The notes under the pieces are model-generated. The model was not told the origin of the DNA and did not search any database. It worked only from the letters and a program-made list of their open reading frames with translations. This document shows, piece by piece, positions 41,489-53,400 of a stretch of 64,000 nt of DNA; position 1 is the first letter of the stretch, and every line of letters begins with the position of its first letter. The position numbers and the translations under genes are program-made. This stretch comes from Camelus ferus (taxonomy: Eukaryota): the NCBI RefSeq assembly GCF_009834535.1, contig NC_045696.1:42658001-42722000 (forward strand). The letters run 5' to 3'.

Positions 41489-43317
41489 AACAATATATTT
41501 TCTATAATCCATGCTAACTCATTTAACGCCCATTCTGTTGAGATTAATGTGGTGAGTCTTATTTTTTTCTATTTTATAGATTGTCCTATTTATAAAATGA
41601 TTCTCTTGACTAGGTAAGACTAATATAGCTTTCATAGCCTGAAAATAATTTGGTTCACAAAATATATAGGTGTTGAAAAAAATCCCAGATACACAAATTG
41701 ATGCTTAAAGGGAATAATTCTTATATAATAAAGGATCAATATAAAAAGGATTTTTATCTCATACTACTTTATATTTTTTGCTTATTTTTTACTAATTACT
41801 TGACCAGGGGTAGAGGAACTAAGTGTTAGGGTATGTAATTAGTGATCACTGGCAATTGAAGAAGGAATAGAAATAAAAATCAAACACTTCCTAATTTATA
41901 TAATAAATCAATAGAAAAAGATGATCTGAATTGATACTTATGGATGACTATACTTACTATGTTAGGCAACAGAAACTGCATTAGAATACCATTATATGCG
42001 TAATGTACTAAGTTGCCAATTTCTAAGCTGGGTATCTTCTGAGTGTGCTCAGTTTGGACCAAGGCATCCTTTAATAATTGGAAGAATTTAAATTTAATGA
42101 TTGCTGTCTACTCCAGGAATTTCAAAGTAATTGGCTCACTATTACTAGGCTCTTTTATTTAGACAAGGCAGGTTAGATTTCAGACCACTTTGATGAACAA
42201 AATTAAGCCACAGAAAGTTGGTTATTTGTCTAAAGTTAATGAGCAAAGAAGAGCTATTAACGTGGTGTTGCTCTGTAAGGGGTACATGAGGATTGGGGGT
42301 AGGAAGGCTCACATTTTTTATTTCAATTCCTACAGAAAAAGAAGCAGAGAAAGAAATGAAAGTCCCTGGCAGCTTGAGGTGAATTAGAGGAAGCAGCCAA
42401 AGGGCAGTGAACAGTGTTGATCATTTACTCAGAAGCACTCTTGGATGTGTGGCTATTTCAACACCAAATGAGATTATTGTTTCTCATTTTAGGAAGCTCT
42501 TCTGTTATTACTGATGACCCACACAAGCTGAAAAATGGTCACGACTGCACAATATCCAAAATATGTTTGCAGTAAATGCTGGAATGTTTGGGCTCATCCA
42601 TCAATTGAATAGGTTCTTCTAAATACACAAGATCATTCAACCCAGAGCATCTTTGTAGCAGCTGACAAGCTATCCTTGTTCACTGGAACATTTAAACCTT
42701 GTCCTTCAACAAAGTGAAGTGAGAGGAATGTCCTCATCAAAAGTCAAAATCTGAAAAGCAAAATTTGATCTGTCAAATGGTCAAATATGTTAAAGGGAAA
42801 AATAAAGCCTCTAAGACAGATAGGTCTTTTTTTAGACCCTTGCTTTCCTGGCAAGTGAAGAGTCTTTCAGAGGCAGAACTCCCTTTAACTCATGTTTCAT
42901 AATTCTTTGTTCACCTACACATAAGCTCTGAGCTAATAACATTAAGGTAAAGGTAACAAACTTACACAGGTTTCTAATTACTGTGGAATTATTAGTTTGG
43001 TGTATGTTTTAATGACTAAATCCTCAAGCCTTGTCTGCTTTCCTCTTCCGCTGGCTCTTAGCTCTAGATATGTGTCACAGAATAAATGAGAATTCATTAT
43101 GAAAGATCAGTATGGACTTAATTTAATTCAATGCCTGAGATATTACCATTATTTTAATTATTCCTTTTCTGCTGTTTATCATACCGACACCTGTAATAAT
43201 AGTCATGGTAGCAAAGATGATAAAAGTAGTATGTTTTTTCTCATAGACAATTTCATTTCAGGTTAGTCCTAATAGAAACTTGTCATCTAAAATTTTGGCT
43301 AAATATTGCCTTTACTT

Positions 43318-43469
43318 GGGGGTGAGATAGGTAAAATACAAGATGACTAGTTAAATTTGAATTTCAGATAAAGGATGCTTTTTGTTTTTAGTAAGTAAGT
43401 CCTAAATACTGAATGGGACATACTTATACTAAATAATTATTAATTGGTTGTCTAAAATTCAAATTTAAC
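43318..43469. mobile_element. MER53 palindromic hAT MITE
   Basis: gttaaatttgaatttcagata (43350-43370) is inverted to tgtctaaaattcaaatttaac (43449-43469); central gggacatacttatactaaa. Confidence 0.85.
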
Positions 43470-43707
43470 AAGGAGAGAATATATGTATGTGTATATATAT
43501 ATATACACATATATTTTGTTTTTTGTTTTTTTGAGGAGAGGAAGAGCTCTTTTGAAGTTCCAGACAGAAAGGCTGAGGACACACCTGTAAAGGCAGCTCT
43601 AGTAAGGTTTTCTCTCTCTTTCCCTTTTTACCAAACTAGGTGGAAACCGTTTAGTAAGGCAAAAAATGTTTGCCCCCATCACAGTCCTGACTCCTTTTTT
43701 TCAACAA

Positions 43708-44042
43708 CTATTGAACCTTGAAGGACACTGGTTTGAACTGCATGGGTCAATTTATACGTGGATTTTTTTTCAATACATATAGTACCTTTAATTCATTTTA
43801 CAGATCTTTAAATCAACTAAGTGTGGGGAGAAGTTTGGTTAAATTAGAGATCACAATATGTGGAATGAAAAGAACTAGGGTTTGAGTCCCGATTCTGTGA
43901 TTCTGTCTATACTGTTTTAGCTTCCTGCCCTCGGGTGAGTCATTCATCAATTCCTCTGTTTTTAAGGCTGAGATAGCAGCACCCAATTTTCAACTGTGTG
44001 GGGTCGGCGCCCCTAAACACCACATTGTTCAAGGGTCAACTG
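43708..44042. mobile_element. Tigger2a-type non-autonomous element (copy 2)
   Basis: ttgaaccttgaaggacactggtttgaactgc...ttgttcaagggtcaactg followed by TA; colinear with 8232-8549. Confidence 0.88.
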
Positions 44043-44064
44043 TAGTCTCTTTTTCCCTAGAATT

Positions 44065-44092
44065 AAAAAACAAAACAAAACAAAACACAACA
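44065..44092. repeat. (AAAAC)n simple repeat
   Basis: Directly visible. Confidence 0.85.
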
Positions 44093-45829
44093 CGTCACTC
44101 GGCCTGGAGGGCGATGGATTTAGTATTTTTCTCTGAGTAGCATGAAGCCACTAGATGGCAGTATCAGCTCATCATACCCCACCCCCTCCCTGGCATCCCT
44201 GAGCCAACATTTTCTGTACCCTGTCCTCTTTCTCTTTGCAGGTTTCAGCCTGTCACTTTTCTTCTCCCTCTTTGTTTTCTATTTTTACTTTTATTCAAAT
44301 GCCAGGAAAACCAGGTGGTTGAAGAAATCATGCGGTGCTCCGCAAGTTTGTCACAGGGGTGCTGTGATTGAAAAGCTTAACTGATTTTCTAGGCTGTTGG
44401 GGCTATCAGGCAGGCGAGCAAAGGGACACTTGCCCTGGAAGCTGCGGCAGGAAGCTGATGAGGATACAGAGTTTGATTATGCTCTGCCGAGCCCTGTGGG
44501 CCCAAGACCCATCCTCCTGCCTGTGGGAGTCTCTCAGCTGCTGGCAGAGACAGCCAGGTGAGAGCAGATGGGACAGGAGCTCACGGGAGACTTCCCAAAG
44601 ACCTGGAGCTGGAGCTTTAGTGGCTGTGTGGAGTGTATGCTCTCCTGACATAAAGTTTATTTTTGCAGAAATAAAACCATTGAATAGCAAAACTATACAT
44701 ACGAAGGGGTCAAGAACTGATGTTGAGTTTGTAGAGTGTGTACTCCTTAGAGATTTTTAAAGTTGCCGAAAAGGACAACCGCTCCATTTTGTTCAAGAAG
44801 CCCTGAAATTCTTCCTGAGAAGGAAAGAGAGGGGTGGAGAATGCTGTGAAGAAAGTGGGGTAAATGAGTTCGCATTCCATTCTCATCCTAAGTGCACATT
44901 AGTTACCCATGTGATGAAGTCACTCCCCACGCTGAAATTCCTTTCCCTCCCATCTCTTTGTCCCTTCTCTTGTGCTGGTCCCTGGCCACCATGATACCCA
45001 GTGAGATCTGCAGTGAGGAGGTCTGGGCAGAAAGCTTGGCTATTGACTAGTGACTAAAACCCCTCTCTCAGAATCCATACTCTAGTTCTTTCCAGGGATA
45101 AAACTTTTTTTTCCATTTGAATATTTCAAAGCAGGTTATAAGCATAGTTTGGATCCTGCTTGCAGAACCTCACTGTTCTTCCTGTTTGCCAATCTAAAAC
45201 TAGTTATGAGATTTTTTTTAGCTGGGTGTTTCTCCGCATCCTTCTTTCATTTAGTGGAGTACATTCATTTACTGCAAGTACAACACTTCTCCAATATATC
45301 TATATCTATATCCTAAATTCCTTTTTGAGCTTGGAAACAGTAACTCCTGCCAAGAAAGTCTTCTCTAAGCACAGTGGAGCTTATCTTTGCCACCACGGAC
45401 AACCAGCTGCTTAGCAATGAGTGGGACTGAGTAAGGGGAGCTCCTGGCACCACTCCTGTAACTCGCTATGGTGGCCAGGCCTCTCATTCACTTTAGATCT
45501 GCTGTCAACTCTTCCTGGAGAAGGGGGAGGCGAGTTTAAGGATGTTTTGCTATCATGAGACTCTTCAACTGCTGGATAGTTCCTGGATCTAGGAATATGT
45601 CAATTGTCAGTTTCTTCTTGCATGGAACTTTAAGAAAAGGAATTCTGTATATAAAATTCTACTTTGTAGTTATCTGTAAATTATTTATTTTCTGTGCTGG
45701 TAATTATAAGACAATGGTCTTCCTCAAAGAAGTCTTTCATACCATACATCAGAAGATTGCCAAATAAACACAAATTACTTTTGAAAAACATTTTTCACTG
45801 TGGAGGTATAATTTGGGATTTTTGTTGTT

Positions 45830-45980
45830 CATTCATTCATTTATTTATATTTTATTCACTTATTTGACAAATATTTATTAAGCATCTTCTATGTGCCAAG
45901 CACTGTGCTAAGAGTTGGAAAAACAGATCAAAAAGGTTGAAGTGGATATTGCCCCAGCCTTCATGGAACTTAATGAGATG
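45830..45980 (-). mobile_element. L2 3' end
   Basis: (TTCA)n, caaatatttattaagcatcttctatgtgccaagcactgtgctaag, cttcatggaactta. Confidence 0.8.
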
Positions 45981-48969
45981 GTTTATTGTAATGGGAGTTG
46001 TGTATGCTCTGAGTGATTTGAAAATCAGAGGCAGTGTAATGTAGTGCAAAGAGGGAAACTAACATTTAATGAGTGCTTCCTGTTTAAGGCGCATGTTATC
46101 TCATTTCTCACCTTTCACTCTAGTATATCATCTTATGTCATGAATGCTTAGATCCACCACTTTTAAACAATTATTTGAAATCTGGTAGGAAACTGTCAGC
46201 GTGTTCCTAATTATTCTATCAAACATTTGTTGAAAGACGGTTTGTGTCAGACGTGCTCAAGATGTCATGGATGGAGTAAATCAGATGGGCACTATTCTTG
46301 CTCTCATGGAGGTTGTATTTGAGTAGTTGTGACAATTATAAATTAGAACTAGATCTTTTACTGTTTTAGTGTTAATTGGAACTAATTCATCTTCCTGGTG
46401 AAGAAGAAAGATCCTTTCTTCTGTGGATGCTGGAGTCTATGTCTGTATTCCAGAGATCAATGAGAGCCATGCTGGGAGGGTCAGCGAGCAAGTGGATGAA
46501 GACAGTACGCCCCTCCCAGGCTCTGGTCTCTGGGAGAATGCAGACGGCGGGGCTGATGCCCAAGATGAAATTTGTCTTCCCTACTCCTCCACGCATGTCG
46601 TAGTAAATATAATATCAAAACAGGAGACAGGATTTATAGAAATAAATAGACCTTTGCCCACTCCCTTCTCTAAGTGTTGAAAAATGAGTTTGTTAAATTT
46701 TTTTTTTTTTAGAGAATAGTCACAATTATTTTGATATTCAAAATAATATTTTGTGAGCTATTAGATACCTACTCACTCACTTCTATTGAGGCACTCTCGC
46801 TCTGTCTCTCTTTTTTTCTCTCTGTCTCTCTCATTATCTATCAATAAATTCTGGAATTCGACCACTAAGAGTATTCAAAAAGCTTCTCTTGGGATCCGGA
46901 GAAGCAGCCAAGCATCCTATAGTATAAGTTGCTTAGCTACAGGGGGTAAAATTTCTCACAAGGATATTGACATAAAGTTTCCTTTCAAAATTCAGCTAAA
47001 ATGCTGGTGGACAATTTTCTTTACAGGCAAAGCACAATGAAACGGAAGGTTTTATGGTTTTCTGAAACTGTATGGATTTTTGTTGTCTGTCAGGCCAAGA
47101 CTTCAGAAAACTTTGCTCTTATTTCATCACAAAACTTGAGCTTGCAAACTCAATGCAGCTAAATATAAATGTAAATGTAGATGAAACTTTTACCCCTTAA
47201 TATAAAATGCTTTTCATTTGATGTCTCTTCATTGCTGCCAAGATGAGTAGATAGACACATTGCAGCTTGTGGTTTCTGGATTTTGTTGCAAATGTTGGAG
47301 CAAGGGGTTGATTGATTGGTATAAACATGTAGCAATGGCAACAGCTGCTTTAAAATAAAAAAGCATAAAAGGGAATGAAATGATTTAAAATAAACAGTAG
47401 TTAACGTTTATGACATACATACTGCCTGGATATTTTTAATTTTCCTTGCCTTTGCTAAAAATGAAATACTGGTCCAGAGAGCAGTGAAATAACTGAATTC
47501 TAAATTCAAGTGTTCATGCCTCAGAAGTGCGAACTTTCTTTCAGACTTTTTTTAAGATTTTATTTCAGTGTCTTTATTGCATTAGGCTTAATTTCCCAGT
47601 AAATTTGACCATTTTTATTTGAATTTTGAAAATGCAGCAAAGTTACAGCAAATTGTAAGCCCTTCCTTACTATTAGCTTTTATAAAGTAGATATCAATGA
47701 AAAAGTATTGCCAAGTGCTTCCTTTGTTATTATAATTATCTACCTCGTGTTTTCATCAGTCAGTGATGTCACAAGTCATGGAATAGCTGCCCTCTGAAGT
47801 GACATTTTTGTTTTTCAAAAATTCTCAAACTTTTAAAGATGGATCTTTAAGCGATCTCTTTATAAATACCGAAACCTTGTTTCCAGGGACAATTGGGTTT
47901 AAACAGTCTGATATATGACAGGAATTTACTTTCTCTAACTTGGGAATGGTAAAAAGAACAATTTCTTTAACTTCCTTTTTAAATGAGTGTTTTCTAGTCA
48001 TGTTCACAAAATGTGAGATTGTGAAAACCAAACTGGATGTTAGAGGCCATGCGGCCCAAACCTCCATTATTCTGACGCTAGTCTGACTGACGAGAGAGTG
48101 TGAGGGGCTTTCCCAACCACTAAGAACCCAAACAAAGTAGGAGAAAGAGCCAGAATTAGAACCCAAATCCCAATAACCTTTTTACATGTTTTAAACTATC
48201 TTTTCAGGATATGATATCAACCAAAAGATATTTCTTCCTCCTAAGATTTTACTCACACATACCCTTTTGTGGCCTTTTGCACTCAGAAAATATAGAACCA
48301 CGCCTTCGTTTTAGGTCTTAATTATCCCTTTCATTTCTCATCTTTTCTTGGGAGACAAGCTGGATTATTGCTTCTGTGTTGCTGACAAAGAAATTGAGGT
48401 ACAAAGAAAAGAGCTAAGAAGCACAATAAGACATTTCAGGTGCTGATTGAAGAAAAGATCTTTTGTAAATTTGTTGTTTGCAACTCAGGATTCCTTTTCC
48501 CACAAAAAGTTAAATTATGCATAATGCTTGAGTCTCTGTAGGAAAAAATCCAGAATACCTATTTAACATACCTTTCACCCAGAATGTAACTCTGAATGAA
48601 GTTCGCTGTGGAATAGACACGTGCCATCTGTAATGACACTTCAGTGGGGAACATGGACTCAGAATTTCATCATGGGATGTTGGGATGCAGAAAATACTGT
48701 TTAAAGGGCTAAAATGAGATACAACCTAGTCATTGATACAATACTTGGCATATATTAGGGTATGTTGTTCTTTTACTCTCATCCTGCTCCTTCTTACATC
48801 TTTTCTCTACACTTTTGTTGGTGAAACATTCTTGCTCTTTATCAGATATGTTGGTGTGCCCTTACCTCCAACACATTCAGAGCCCAGGAGAGCAAGGGGA
48901 GGGGAAGAAGTGGGTGTTTCACTATAGAATTAATGGAAGATGATTCCACCTGTACTTTAAAGGCTCAGG

Positions 48970-49850
48970 AAGGGCTTTACCCAGGGTTTTAAAGTGTTGA
49001 AGCTTATATATATTTGGTGGACTCACTTTAAAAATTTTTATGAATATAAACTTAGGATATAGGATATAGGAGAAATGCAAAATAAATATTTATCTAAAAT
49101 GAGAACAAAAATAAACCAACTTAAAGATTTTTAAAAGATGAGAAATACCACAGACATCACAAAATTTTAAGAAACTAACATTTTAATTAACTCTCCAGTG
49201 CAACTTTATAATATTCTGTATCTATCTGTGTATAATACCCCACGTATATATATTTGCTGCAATCTCTTTAGCACTTTATATGACAATGACTGTATAAGAT
49301 CTCTTCTATATCAAGAATATAAAAATGTTCCTCTATCATGATTGATTAAACTTTTTTATTGATATTGAGGGTACTTAAACATATGAGTTCCTGTATAGAT
49401 GTGCTTCTAATTTGTAATGTTGTTACAGGTTTGTGGCCTCAGAGACTAGATTCCATACTTTCTATTTCATGTGATTCCCATCAAAGTGTGTTATGTATTT
49501 ATACTTGTATAAGATTTATTATTAAATATCTTCCTGACAGATGGAACTCCCAGTTTGACTAGGTATTAGTGCAAATTGAATCCTCAGCTTATAATTTTAC
49601 ATTTCTGATGACTGGAAGAATTTTCCATAAACTGGCTTCTGACACATTACCTTTCAAATATTCTTTCTTCCCTACTCATCACTTGCTTCTGGTGCAGGGC
49701 ACTGGGGAAACATTCATATAGCAGTATGTCAAGGTGTAAGAAATCAGTACTGGAGGTAATAGGAGTATTCCTAGAAACCATTCCTACACCGGGATAGTGA
49801 GCAGCAACTCATCAAGAATGGAAATGACTATGAAACCACAAAAATAATAC
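48970..49850. mobile_element. hAT-Tip100 (Zaphod-like) DNA transposon relic
   Basis: tgaagcttatata..tttgg...aatatttatctaaaatgagaa...aaataccacagacatcacaaaat resembles the recalled Zaphod terminal region. Confidence 0.55.
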
Positions 49851-50129
49851 ACTATGTACATTCAGTATACACCCAGGCTGCCAGCCTCCCTGACAGATGT
49901 CCTTCCTTCCTCACTCCCTCCTTTCTTCCTCCCCTTCCTCCTGCATCTTTCCTTTTCTCTTTTCTACTCTCTTGTTTATTTTTTTTAATTTAAGTACTTC
50001 AGAATTGCAGTTAGTTTAGTCAGAATTTTTAGTTCATTAACCATTATTAACTTTCTTGCATACATTGTCTATATTATTTCTTTTGATTTTTAAATAATAT
50101 AATAACATAATGAGCATTCAAATGAATGC

Positions 50130-51480
50130 ATAAAACAAATCAATAATTCACACAAACTCTGTGTTCCTCCACTAGAATATATTGTTAGTTTTACTTGTTA
50201 TTAAACTTCATAAAAAGGGTGTCATACTGTTGTCGTCTTTTGGGACTTTTTGTTCTTTCAGTTTTACATTAACTAAAACCTCCCCATGCTATTTCAAGCT
50301 ACCACATTCACTTGTGTTACACTGCTGCGTGCTAGTCATTAATCTTCCTCCTGGTGGGAATTTATATTGTTTCCAGTTTTTAGTAATTACAGTTAGTGCT
50401 GCAGTGAACACGCTTGTTGTGCCCTGGTGCTCATATGTAAGATATTCCTGAATATTTTCCCAGGAGTGAAAATATGGAACCGTAGTTTATCATTATTTAG
50501 CTTGTAACGGTAATCTTAATTTGTTTTTAAGACAACTTGTAACCATCATATTTATATTTGCAATGTGTAAAGAGATCTTCTTAATCTATTTCTTCTTCAA
50601 CACATAATAGTTCTAGCCAATTGAACAAGGAGGGGAAAACGGTACCTTATTGTGGTCTTGATTTATACTTCCCTAATTAACTGAGATTACGTCTTCATAT
50701 TTGGCCAACAGGACTTTGTTTGTTTTGCCCATGTTTTTATTTTTTTTAAAGATTTTTTTAGGAATTCTTTTTATGTTCTTGATACTAATCCTTTGTCAGT
50801 TGTATGTATTATAAATATCTTTGAGTGTGGCTTGAGTTTTCTTTTTTCCTTTGAAAATACATATTTTAATTATATAATCGTTTTTGTGTGTGTTGGATTC
50901 TGTTTGCTAATATTTTGTTGAGGATTTTTTGCACCTATGTTCATAAGTGATATTGACCTGTAGTCAGAAATTGACACAACATTTCTGAAAATACTACAAT
51001 TTAAAAATGTTTTAATTAATGGAATTTATTAATAAACATATAATGTTCAACTTTTTTCAGGTTAGTGATGTTTGTGCCTTGTAAATAAATTTTTTTTATA
51101 CCAAAGTCAATAAAAATATTCCTTTAAATTTTTTTTTTAAGTTTTGCTTTTTACATTTTAAAGTCTCAGTCTGCTTGGCATTGATTTTTGTTGCTGGTAT
51201 GAGATAGGCTTTTAATTCCATTTCATTGCTATATGGAAAACCGTATTTCCAATTTCTGTTTATTGAATCACTTTTTGCTCTTACCCTGTCCATTGACTTC
51301 CACGACCTTACACTTCATCTGTGAAATGTCCATAAATTTCAAGTTGGTTTGTGGGCTATTGGTTACTGTCTTTATTATTGTAGATACTGTTATAGATCAT
51401 AACAATTTACAATAATATAATACAATTAGAATGTACAACTGACATCTGTTAGTGTGAGTTCCTTTAACATTCTATTCCTG
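50130..51480 (-). mobile_element. Old L1 (L1ME-like) 3' fragments
   Basis: attgtttccagttttt...gtgctgcagtgaaca...ttgtggtcttgattt...tactaatcctttgtcagttgtatgt are antisense L1 3' motifs. Confidence 0.65.
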
Positions 51481-51654
51481 CTGTGTGTGTTCGTGTGTAA
51501 TTTTTACACACAGCTGCACAAACATGGACACTTTTTTTATATCAGGGTCATTAATATATTTGCAGTTCCACTAAGTTCTGATTTTAATGGAATCCTCATG
51601 AACTAAATGAGGTGATGTTGAAAGAAATGCCTGGGTCTACCTGTCACCTTAGAT

Positions 51655-51842
51655 GAAGATGTCCAAGCTTCAGCATGCATTAAAATCGCTTGGGTGGCTT
51701 GTTCAACTAAAGACTGATGGGCCCCACCCACAGACTTTCTGATTCAGGGGACTTGGAGTGAGGCCCAGGGATTTGCATTTCTATCGAGTTCCCTGGTGAG
51801 GTTAATGTTGTGGGTCTGAGGACCTTACACTGAGAACAACTT
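51655..51842. mobile_element. MER5A (hAT-Charlie)
   Basis: gggccccacccacagactttctgattcagggg...ggcccagggatttgcatttcta...cacactgagaac-like end. Confidence 0.85.
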
Positions 51843-52669
51843 CCTTACACTAACTTTGCTTGTATAGTTCTTATGAAATTCTGTTTAATTCTTGTCCTTT
51901 CTGACCATAGCTTCATTGTCTTTGTTTTCTCACCATGTGGAGGCAGTGAGATGTGTTAAATTCTGCTTCTTTGGGAAAAGGACAGGTGGCTAAAAATGTT
52001 CTCTGGAGAGAAATAATTTAAATAACATTTAAAACAACAGGCTATCTATTGACCTTGCAGTGTAATAATATGTAATACTCCTTGCTGGCTGCAACAACTT
52101 GGATGTTTACCCTTTAACCATTTCACATACACTGTTGTATAAGGAATAGCGAGGCCTTGAGTTCTACAGGTGAGGGTATGAAAAGACAAGAGATAATTCA
52201 CAGCTGTGTTCCCAGAGGGGAAAGGGGAACATCTATTCTGGAGTAACTATTCATAGATGACTATCCATTTATAAAGAGGTTACTTAAGCTGGTTTAAAGT
52301 AATTTGGAGATTTAGAGGACATTCCCAGGATTTTGGTCCTAGCAGCTCCCTGACCTTATTAGCCATGCCTGTAATTTATTTACTTTGGTTTCAGCAGAGG
52401 CTTGCTCTAACCGAATGTCATGATTAATAAAATCTTCTTCAAACTCCGTCTATTAGCTTTGCAACTGTAGTTTCCGCTGAATGAAGGATACTGAATTTTA
52501 ACCCCACAAGTGGAATTTCAGATTCATGAATGCCTAGTTCAATGAACTTTTTGAACCACTGTTTGATTGTGCATTGTGGAGAACATATTTTTCTTACAAT
52601 CTTAGTTGCTCTATTACAATGGTACATAACAAAGACAACCATGTTAACAAAGATAACTCAATATTCATT

Positions 52670-52860
52670 TGTAAGGTAAAAACTAATTAAATACTACCAT
52701 CTGCCTGGTCTTCTGTATGGTGATAGCAATAAAATGATGAGCAAGATTGGTATAGTCCCTTCTGGCCTTGATCTCATATTCTTACAGAGCAGACAGATAA
52801 GTAAATACCAATACTTACCAATAAAACACTGTATGGTAAGTAAAATGATAGACATGTTCC
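52670..52860 (-). mobile_element. L2 3' relic
   Basis: gatgagcaagattggtatagtccct...ctcatattctta. Confidence 0.45.
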
Positions 52861-52986
52861 AGATGGAGCTGATGGGTCAAATGCGATCTGGCAGTGAGGC
52901 AGTGAAGAGATTAAAAAGTGCTTTGGTATAAATGAGACAGGAAGGAAGGGGGCCGAGCACAACCATTACAAGAATTATGTAGACAT

Positions 52987-53400
52987 TGAGGATAAGACAT
53001 AACTGGTTAGAACCAGCTAGACCCAAGATGGTGGGAGATTTGACTTCCAGTAGACCTTGAGCCTCATTATAGACTCACTGCAATACACTAGCATGCTAAA
53101 TGACACACCCACAGGCAGCAACAGTTCCCAGGCTGACCACTAAGGCCAAAAAGTAGGTGGGGCCCAATTCCTGGAAATCCCCACCCCTTCTCCAAAACAG
53201 TTGGAATAATCCCTCCACTTGGCATATGAAATTACCCAGCCCATAAAAACTAACCACCCACACACCCCAGGGCCTCTATCCCTTCTGAGACACACTGCAT
53301 TCTGTCTGTGGAATGTGTATCTCTCTGAGTAACCTTGCTTTCACTTTACCCACTCTTGAATTCTTTCCTGCGTGAGATAAGAACCGATTCTCTGGTAACA
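52987..53400 (+). mobile_element. MER41-like ERV1 solo LTR
   Basis: TG...GGTAACA ends. The blocks caagatgg, ctcattata, tagcatgctaaatgacac, gaataatcc, ccataaaaa, cttgctttcactttac and tgaattctttcctgcgtgagat are colinear with the recalled MER41 consensus. Confidence 0.85.

Noticed and set aside
46423..46680. ORF containing DAGVYVC, resembling the Ig-domain D-x-G-x-Y-x-C motif
   Set aside because: An in-frame stop lies a few codons upstream, there is no preceding Cys/Trp strand, no polypyrimidine acceptor and no Ig-like continuation. Most likely chance.
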